Source: Treponema sp. (GTDB taxonomy: Bacteria; Spirochaetota; Spirochaetia; Treponematales; Treponemataceae). Taken from it: DNA of 64,000 bases. The stretch covers positions 9,670 to 73,669 of the forward strand of contig JBHAFG010000007.1 in assembly GCA_041855945.1 (NCBI GenBank), given 5' to 3'. The notes below the pieces were generated by a model. It did not search any database. It was given only the letters and a program-made list of their open reading frames with translations, and was not told the origin of the DNA. A program made the position numbers and the translations under genes. Each line of letters begins with the position of its first letter. The first letter of the stretch is position 1. Shown here in pieces: positions 56,429 to 62,829 of this stretch.

Positions 56429-57643
56429 ATGAAGAAAATATCCTTTACACTCGGCTTGTTTGCCTTGATTTTTGCTTTTGCGGGCTGTTCCGCTGTGGAT
56501 GAAGGCACAATCGCGTTCAACCTTGACCTTTCTCCGCTTTTTTCTGAAAACCAAAGTCTTCGTTCCGCATCGCGCGATGCGGCATCTGATTGTATGGTTG
56601 CGACTGCTAGTGTATGCGAAATGTCTGAAAACAAGCACGACCCTGATTCAGGACAAACGCATGGGAACGACCATTTTGAATCTTTTGGGCAGTCTGTGAA
56701 AGTTTCATACCCGAACCTTTCGGCAGGTTTTGAATTCCGTGGACTTAAGGTAGGAAAAACTTATTCTGTTGATGTAAATATACATCAGGATGACTATTGG
56801 TTGGCTGGTGGTGGAACAAAATTGAAACTAAGGTCAGGATTGAACACCGCGGTCATACAGATAACCAGGGAAAAACACAAAACAGTAACCCTGCAGGTAA
56901 ATTTGGGAGATGTTGGCATTCCTGATTCTAGTAATAAAAATTATCACCGTTACATACTGTTTTACTTGAACAATGGAGATTTATTGCAAAATTCTGGAAA
57001 AGGCACGGATTATTACGGTTTGGAAGAAGTTGAAGGTGCAGACCATGATATAAAACATTCTTTTGGATGTTATACATCTCTTACAAAAACAACGGCGCAG
57101 GTTTTCTATATAATAACGGCGAATAAAGTTAGCTGGGCTGGCAAGGACAGCAATGGTTATATAAATAAAGAGTCGACTGACTCCGCCTATACAGCCTTAA
57201 AGTATGCAGTACTAAGAGAAAGCAAAAAACAAGCATATTTTGTTCCGAACGATAATAATACACTGGAGCTCAGTTTTCTTGAGCCTGGAACTTATACAGC
57301 TACTGTGGGTACAACTACACTTGCAAAACCAGAGATAAGTTATGTTGCAAACGGTTGTGAAGTAGCCGAACCTACTACAGATTCGCCTTACAAAGTGAGA
57401 AATTTTCAGTCCGCGGAAACATCAGGCCCTAGTATAGAATTTACTGCAGATGGACAATACGGCCCCGATACCACTTATGAATGGTTTCTAAATGGCTCTT
57501 CTGTATCATCCAGTGATAGCTCTTATGAATTATCGCTGAGTGAAAATACCATTATACACACAGGAGAGACCAACACCCTAATGGTAATCGTAAAAAGCGG
57601 TGGCGAACTGCAGTCTGCAATTTGGCAGTTTACTGTTGAATAA
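56429..57643 (+). CDS. hypothetical lipoprotein (404 aa)
   Basis: Lipobox FAFAGCSAV. AGGGGGA RBS. No recognisable catalytic motif. Confidence 0.5.
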   Translation: MKKISFTLGLFALIFAFAGCSAVDEGTIAFNLDLSPLFSENQSLRSASRDAASDCMVATASVCEMSENKHDPDSGQTHGNDHFESFGQSVKVSYPNLSAGFEFRGLKVGKTYSVDVNIHQDDYWLAGGGTKLKLRSGLNTAVIQITREKHKTVTLQVNLGDVGIPDSSNKNYHRYILFYLNNGDLLQNSGKGTDYYGLEEVEGADHDIKHSFGCYTSLTKTTAQVFYIITANKVSWAGKDSNGYINKESTDSAYTALKYAVLRESKKQAYFVPNDNNTLELSFLEPGTYTATVGTTTLAKPEISYVANGCEVAEPTTDSPYKVRNFQSAETSGPSIEFTADGQYGPDTTYEWFLNGSSVSSSDSSYELSLSENTIIHTGETNTLMVIVKSGGELQSAIWQFTVE

Positions 57644-57678
57644 TGACGGCGAAAAATTTTTATTATTGGAGTAAACTT

Positions 57679-60405
57679 ATGAAAAAGGCTTTTACACTTG
57701 CATTGATTGTTTTGGTACTTGCGTCCTGTTCAACATTTGAGGAGCGTAATTCTGAACGCGTTCTGGTTGGAAATGTGACTGTTAATTTGGTTTTCCCAAC
57801 AGAACGAACTGTAAGTCCAACTCTGCCAGTCGGCGTTAGTGTCGGTAATGTAGGCGAATGGACGGTGAACTTTTACACCTTGGATAAAGACGGAAAGGAA
57901 ATAGAATATACCCCTGACAACACATCCGGCACCTTAAGTTCCTCGTCATCTGCATCTTATACGCTGTCTGCAGGAGTGTATAAAATCACAGTCAGCGGAA
58001 GTTATACTTCTACAGGTGCTACACAGGGCAACTCGATAACCTACTACTACGGCGAAGCGAACAATGTAGTGGTAGGCAAGTTAAATGGCGGAAAACCTGT
58101 TTCTGTAAACATTACAGTTGGGTTGAAGAAGACAGTTGCTTCGTCGCAAGATGATAATGCAGGAACTTTAATTTGGAACATGAAAGTTGGCAAAGGACGC
58201 ATTACAGACGGCACAACAGTATACTTCTACGCTGGAGTTATTGGAAAAGATAATGACGATAAGCCAAAAGATATTTACATAAGTACAAACGAGGAACCTG
58301 TAAAATACGACCATAAATTTACGAGTTCTGATACGGAGCCAGTAAATATTGTAACTAAAGGAAACGGTAGTCTATATAATAATAAAATGGCATCGGGCTA
58401 TTATAGACTGTTTTTTAAGTATTCTTTTGATGAGGACGCTAAACCAGAAGATTACATCTACCTTGACCTGGGCGACAACTTGATAGAAATCGCGGACGGT
58501 TTAACAACCACCTATAACGCAACCATTACAATGCCGAGTTCTTCAGACCGCTCTTATTATGTTGCTTCAACAGAAAACGGTGGTAGCGCAAACAATTCAG
58601 GGCTTTTTAGATCCTATCCTACAACCTTTGCACAGGCAGTGGATAATATAGTCGCATACAAAGAAACATACAAAAAAAACACCGGTTACTGCATAGTCTT
58701 TTTGTGTGATTCTAAGGACGGTGTGCTTACAGTGCCGGAGATTGATGTTTCTAAGGTTAACGAACTATTGAGCAAAGGCATTTATTTTTTTGCGAATGTG
58801 AGTGATAAAAATGGTGCTATTCTGACCAACCCTTCTTTTTTTGGAGCTAATTTGCCAGATAGTATTTCATGGAAAGGATCTGAAAAATATAACCTTACAT
58901 TTACATCCGACAAAACACTCAAAATAAACGGCTTAAATTTTAGCAACATCGCTTCCCTTTCATTAAAAAAACGCGCAAGGCTTGTAGCAGAAAATGCAAC
59001 AGGTAGCACAGTACAAGGCGAGGGATCGACTGAAACTCTAAGCCCGGTAACCGTTACAGTTGATGACGCAAGCAATTACGGTGTAGAAAATGAACTGCAA
59101 CCGTTCTTAAAGTACAGCGTGGAATCAAATGTAACCAACGATGTATACTTTGCCTACAATTTGGAAATTGATGCAAGTGGTGAAAGTGCAGCAACCGGCT
59201 ATATGTACACAGAAAAACAGGACATAGAATCAGGTCAAACCGAAGACGACCCAACCTATGTGCGCTGTTATCCGGAGAAAGCATCTACCACGCCAACGGC
59301 GGATAGTAATACAATGCTGTGGAGTAAATCTCTTGTCAACGGTAATGCTGTCGTAAATGAAGCGTATTTGACAAGCGATGTTGCAAATTTTGATAAAAAT
59401 ACTGCAACTAATATTCTTGTGGCGGGACAAAATCTTGTAAACTGGTGTTTTGATGCTTCTGGAAGCGGTGTTTATCTGCTTATGGAAGAAAGTTCTTCTG
59501 GAGTTACATCAGGACGAAAACTTTATTTTTATGGCGAAAATGGCTCCCAAGAGTCAATCGATGTTACTGTGTATGATACTTCTTTTGATTTTGACAACAT
59601 CATGCTCGCAAATGACAATAAGTATCTTTATGTTTACTATGTACGAAACGGTTTTGCTTACATAAGCCAGTATGGTAAAGAAGATTACACAAATAATGTA
59701 AAAAATTTTCCAATGACATTTGATTTAAATGCGGCTCCAACTGTAACGGCTTTTTGTTCTGTTGGCGGTAATTTTTACATGGGAACACAAAAATATATAC
59801 AGAGTTACAAGCAGTATATAAAGATAGAAAAATATGCAACTGGTTCATCAACTGATTATAATTACACCAACACCTTATTCCAAGCAGGCGAAATTGATAT
59901 GTCGCCAAGCAAAATTTATGGCGAAAAACAGCCTAGTTCTAGTAACTACAAAGTAACGGACTTACAGATACTAGGAAGCAACCTATACGCTTTGGTCTGT
60001 GATACAGGTGGTTATTCTAGTGATAATACTACATTTGATACGATTTACAGTCGCGGTGCGCTTGTAAAGATAGACACAAACACTATGCAGTTTTCAAGGA
60101 ACGATGTATTTGGACTTTTCACCAATCAGAACATTGACGAAAATACTGCAGAAATAGTGCAGGCTTCTAATTCTGCCGACCTTTTGACAACCTTTACAGG
60201 TCCAAGACGCTTTATAGCACGCAAGCCCGAAGAACTTGTAATCGCCGACGACGGTGTTGTAAAAGATGAAAATGACGATTACAAATTAAAAGACCGCGTC
60301 GTTGTTTTTGATTTGAAGGATAGCAGTTTTACACCAACAGACTTAGAAGACATAAGTTTTAGTGTAGTAAACACAAATCCTGCATTTAGTTTCTTTGGCG
60401 AATAA
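57679..60405 (+). CDS. hypothetical large lipoprotein (909 aa), C-terminal half beta-propeller-like
   Basis: Start at MKKAFTLALIVLVLASCSTF after GGAG (the ORF-track start at 57643 overlaps the previous stop). Ser/Thr/Asn-rich Ig-like N-terminal part. Confidence 0.5.
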   Translation: MKKAFTLALIVLVLASCSTFEERNSERVLVGNVTVNLVFPTERTVSPTLPVGVSVGNVGEWTVNFYTLDKDGKEIEYTPDNTSGTLSSSSSASYTLSAGVYKITVSGSYTSTGATQGNSITYYYGEANNVVVGKLNGGKPVSVNITVGLKKTVASSQDDNAGTLIWNMKVGKGRITDGTTVYFYAGVIGKDNDDKPKDIYISTNEEPVKYDHKFTSSDTEPVNIVTKGNGSLYNNKMASGYYRLFFKYSFDEDAKPEDYIYLDLGDNLIEIADGLTTTYNATITMPSSSDRSYYVASTENGGSANNSGLFRSYPTTFAQAVDNIVAYKETYKKNTGYCIVFLCDSKDGVLTVPEIDVSKVNELLSKGIYFFANVSDKNGAILTNPSFFGANLPDSISWKGSEKYNLTFTSDKTLKINGLNFSNIASLSLKKRARLVAENATGSTVQGEGSTETLSPVTVTVDDASNYGVENELQPFLKYSVESNVTNDVYFAYNLEIDASGESAATGYMYTEKQDIESGQTEDDPTYVRCYPEKASTTPTADSNTMLWSKSLVNGNAVVNEAYLTSDVANFDKNTATNILVAGQNLVNWCFDASGSGVYLLMEESSSGVTSGRKLYFYGENGSQESIDVTVYDTSFDFDNIMLANDNKYLYVYYVRNGFAYISQYGKEDYTNNVKNFPMTFDLNAAPTVTAFCSVGGNFYMGTQKYIQSYKQYIKIEKYATGSSTDYNYTNTLFQAGEIDMSPSKIYGEKQPSSSNYKVTDLQILGSNLYALVCDTGGYSSDNTTFDTIYSRGALVKIDTNTMQFSRNDVFGLFTNQNIDENTAEIVQASNSADLLTTFTGPRRFIARKPEELVIADDGVVKDENDDYKLKDRVVVFDLKDSSFTPTDLEDISFSVVNTNPAFSFFGE

Positions 60406-60441
60406 GATTTCGCGGTAGTTTTGCGTTAGGGATTGGAAGAA

Positions 60442-60559
60442 TTGCTTGCCGTGTTTCAACACGGCAAGCAAAATGTCAAACGCACGCCATTTGTGTGCGT
60501 TTGACAGTCGGAGCAACGCGGAGTTCTGCAAAGCCCGACCCTTTGCTACTAGCAAAGGG
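60442..60559 (+). other. three consecutive perfect hairpins (12-bp, 12-bp and 9-bp stems) in 118 nt, function unknown
   Basis: Hairpin 1: TTGCTTGCCGTG-tttcaa-CACGGCAAGCAA (60442-60471). Hairpin 2: TGTCAAACGCAC-gccatttgt-GTGCGTTTGACA (60474-60506). Hairpin 3: CCCTTTGCT-act-AGCAAAGGG (60539-60559). None is followed by a T-run. Confidence 0.6.
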
Positions 60560-60592
60560 TAACGCCCAGATGTGTGTATGCTGTATTCAATA

Positions 60593-60624
60593 TGTCATCC
60601 TGAACGAAGTGAAGGATTTCTCGC
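60593..60624 (+). repeat. copy of dispersed ~27-nt element (TGTCATCCTGAACGAAGTGAAGGATTTCTCGC)
   Basis: Intergenic, upstream of the toxN promoter. Confidence 0.6.
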
Positions 60625-60687
60625 AATACAACGCGAATGCTTTATTCCTCTTGGCAATGTTTGTAATCAAATGTCTTTACGTTTTAT

Positions 60688-60716
60688 TTGACTTTTCTTG
60701 TGTATGTTAGTAGACT
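60688..60716 (+). promoter_or_regulatory. sigma70-like promoter TTGACT-N17-TAGACT upstream of the toxN locus
   Basis: tttaTTGACTtttcttgtgtatgttagTAGACTaatt. Confidence 0.45.
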
Positions 60717-60722
60717 AATTGA

Positions 60723-60814
60723 TAGAAGGTCTCCATTAACCTGCGGTTTTAGTCCGTAAAGAGATGAACTTTAAGAAAGACCGTCCATGTAATATGGGCG
60801 GTCTTGTTTTTTTT
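60723..60814 (+). ncRNA. candidate type III antitoxin RNA / leader transcript (promoter-to-terminator unit, ~92 nt, no clear tandem repeats)
   Basis: It occupies the position where ToxI/antiQ-type repeat arrays lie in known type III TA loci, bounded by the promoter above and the terminator below. I saw only a weak ~50-nt self-similarity (agaaggtctccattaa vs agaaagaccgtccatgtaa). Confidence 0.3.
60777..60814 (+). terminator. rho-independent terminator immediately upstream of the toxN RBS
   Basis: AAGACCGTCCAT-gtaat-ATGGGCGGTCTT (12 bp with one G-U pair), then TGTTTTTTTT, then GGAGGG RBS and ATG at 60824. Confidence 0.75.
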
Positions 60815-60823
60815 GGAGGGCTT

Positions 60824-61393
60824 ATGTTTTGTTTAAAGGGGAAATTAACTTTTATCAATATAAATCAAGATTATCTTAAATATTTACACGAAAGTTGTCC
60901 TGAAGTTTATTACAAACCGGTTAGTTATGCAAACAAGCCCTATTTAGGCATATTGGTGAACGAAAATAATAATCAGTATGTGATTCCTTTGTCCTCCGCC
61001 AAGGAAAAGCATAAATCTTGGAAAAATATAGAAACTGACCGTTTTTTGATATATGAAAATTGTGATAAGGCATTGCTTTCAAAAAATGCTATTTATAAAG
61101 AAAACACAGATGGTTCGGTAAAGCATATATTTTCTGTGTTGGATTTAAAGAAAATGATTCCAATAAAAGACGGTTTATATACAAAAGTTGATTTGGTTGT
61201 AAACAGCAATGACTCTATTGAAGTTAGAAATTATAAAAATTTAATGAATAAAGAATATTCTTTCTGCTTAAAAATTTTAACTTCAATAATCCAAAAGGCT
61301 AATAAACTTTACAATAAGCAAATACTTACAGGCAAGGTGATTAAATTTTGTTGTGACTTTAAACTCCTTGAGGAAAAATGCAAGAAATTTTAA
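60824..61393 (+). CDS. toxN: ToxN/AbiQ-family type III toxin (endoribonuclease, abortive-infection type)
   Basis: By-eye alignment to Pectobacterium ToxN and lactococcal AbiQ, recalled from memory. Matching blocks: YLKYL; KPYLGILV..QYVIPLSSAKEKH (vs AFIGIVL..KYLAPLTSPKKWH); DLKKMIPI (vs NLKFMIPI); GKVIKFCCDFKLLEEKCKKF (vs GKMQGTCNFSLLEEKYRDF). Confidence 0.85.
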   Translation: MFCLKGKLTFININQDYLKYLHESCPEVYYKPVSYANKPYLGILVNENNNQYVIPLSSAKEKHKSWKNIETDRFLIYENCDKALLSKNAIYKENTDGSVKHIFSVLDLKKMIPIKDGLYTKVDLVVNSNDSIEVRNYKNLMNKEYSFCLKILTSIIQKANKLYNKQILTGKVIKFCCDFKLLEEKCKKF

Positions 61394-61418
61394 TTTAAAG
61401 GTAAACATGAAAGACCGC

Positions 61419-61487
61419 TTCATTCTGAGCGAAGCCCCTGTCATCCTGACCAACGCCTGTCATCCTGAGTGCAACGAAGGATCTCCT
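61419..61487 (+). repeat. three tandem partial copies of the dispersed element (TTCATTCTGAGCGAAGCCCCTG / TCATCCTGACCAACGCCTG / TCATCCTGAGTGCAACGAAGGATCTCCT)
   Basis: Intergenic, 26 nt downstream of the toxN stop. Confidence 0.65.
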
Positions 61488-61580
61488 GTGCCTAGGCGAA
61501 ATATCTACTGCACTGCCGAGACTTGTATTTTGTAAAAAAAAGAATTTGCAAATATACGTTGTTGGGCTTACAATAATTAT

Positions 61581-62813
61581 ATGAAAAAAGTTTTCTCTTT
61601 TTTTGCAGGAATTTTATTTTTTGCGTGTTCTCTGTTTGCTGATGTTACAGACGCTTCTGAAAAAGCCTCTCCGATTTATTTTGCAGGCGTAGGTTCATCC
61701 CTGTGCTTTCCGTCTTTTTCAAAAAAGAGCGACGGTGCGTCTGGTTTTGGCGGCAGCGGTTTTATAGAAGCAGGGCTTGATTACAAAAATTTTCAGGCAG
61801 AAGCGATTCTAGGCTACACGCATCTTTCTGGCGGTAAAGGGCTTTTACAGCAAATGGACGAGGTAAAAGTCGGGCTTGGAGCAGGCTATGTATTAGACAG
61901 GCGAAACATAAAATTCATGCCGAACTTTGTTGCAGTCCGTCCGCACTTGAGCGTGTTTGCAGATTTTTACAGTGCAAAACTTTACAAGAATGTCGTATTG
62001 CAGGAGGAGGGCGTTCTTTCTGTGGCAAAGGGTGTAACTTCTGTTTTTAATGCAGGGCTTTTTGTGGACTTTCCAAACCTTTTGTATGTTGCAGGCTACA
62101 ACCTTGTGCCTAACATAGGTTTTGAAGAGTGCTTTAGGTTTGACGTGAGCGGACTTTACGCCACTCCTATTTTGACCGTGGGCTGCAGACTGTATTTTGA
62201 TAAAAAAACACCACCACCCAAACAACAAACCAGTTACACAGAGCAACAAGACAGTCGCACAGAATAACTTGCCCGTCACACAGAGCAAAGCGAAGTGCCT
62301 GTCATCCTGAGTGAAACGAAGGATCTCCCTTGCAAAATAGATTCTTCGGCTTGCCCGCTCGAAACTTCGCCTTACGGCTCGTTGCGAGTACAGAATGACA
62401 GTGTTGTGCCACAGAATGACAGCACGACAACAAATGAACTCCAACCCGAACAACTAGCCCCAACACCAACCTTTGCGCCAATCATCTTCATACCAAACGA
62501 AACCTTGCCAATCGACTTTTACAATACAACCTTGCAAAAAATCAGCGAGTTCTTACAGGCAAATCCAACTTGCACATTAAAAATCACAGGCTACGCAAGT
62601 CCGATTTTTGAGAGGCTTTCGGGCGCACGGCCGGATGACGATTATATAAAAACCCTCTCACAGCACAGGGCAGAAAGCGTAAAAAATCAACTTGAAGTTT
62701 TGGGAATCCAAAGCGAACGCCTGAACGCTCAAGGTATGGGCGGCGGCACTTACGACAGCCAAAACGACTGGCAAAACCGCAGGGTAGAATTTGAATGTGT
62801 GTTGCAAGAATAA
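61581..62813 (+). pseudogene. OmpA-family protein (N-terminal beta-barrel + linker + C-terminal OmpA/peptidoglycan-binding domain) interrupted by a single in-frame TAA at 62265-62267
   Basis: The 61581-62267 ORF has a signal peptide MKKVFSFFAGILFFACSLFA and is barrel-like. The 62295-62813 ORF is in the same frame (61581 and 62295 are both 0 mod 3), with no other stop between them. The C-terminus LKITGYASP...LSQHRAESVKNQL...NRRVEFEC is OmpA_C-like. Confidence 0.6.
62298..62329 (+). repeat. copy of dispersed ~27-nt element (CCTGTCATCCTGAGTGAAACGAAGGATCTCCC) in the OmpA-like linker; partial inverted copies (CAGAATGACAG x2) at 62391-62422
   Basis: Encodes PVILSETKDLP in the gene frame. Confidence 0.6.
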
Positions 62814-62829
62814 ATAACAGGAGTTGTGT

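Noticed and set aside
60764-60823. Longer toxN start at 60764 given by the ORF track
   Set aside because: The extension would be translated through the terminator hairpin and T-run. GGAGGG plus the ATG at 60824 gives an N-terminus collinear with ToxN/AbiQ.
61353-61535. 60-aa ORF downstream of toxN that could be imagined as a protein antitoxin
   Set aside because: Most of it is translation of the tandem dispersed-repeat copies (HSERSPCHPDQRLSS...). It overlaps the toxN 3' end in another frame and has no RBS. Type III toxins use RNA antitoxins located upstream.
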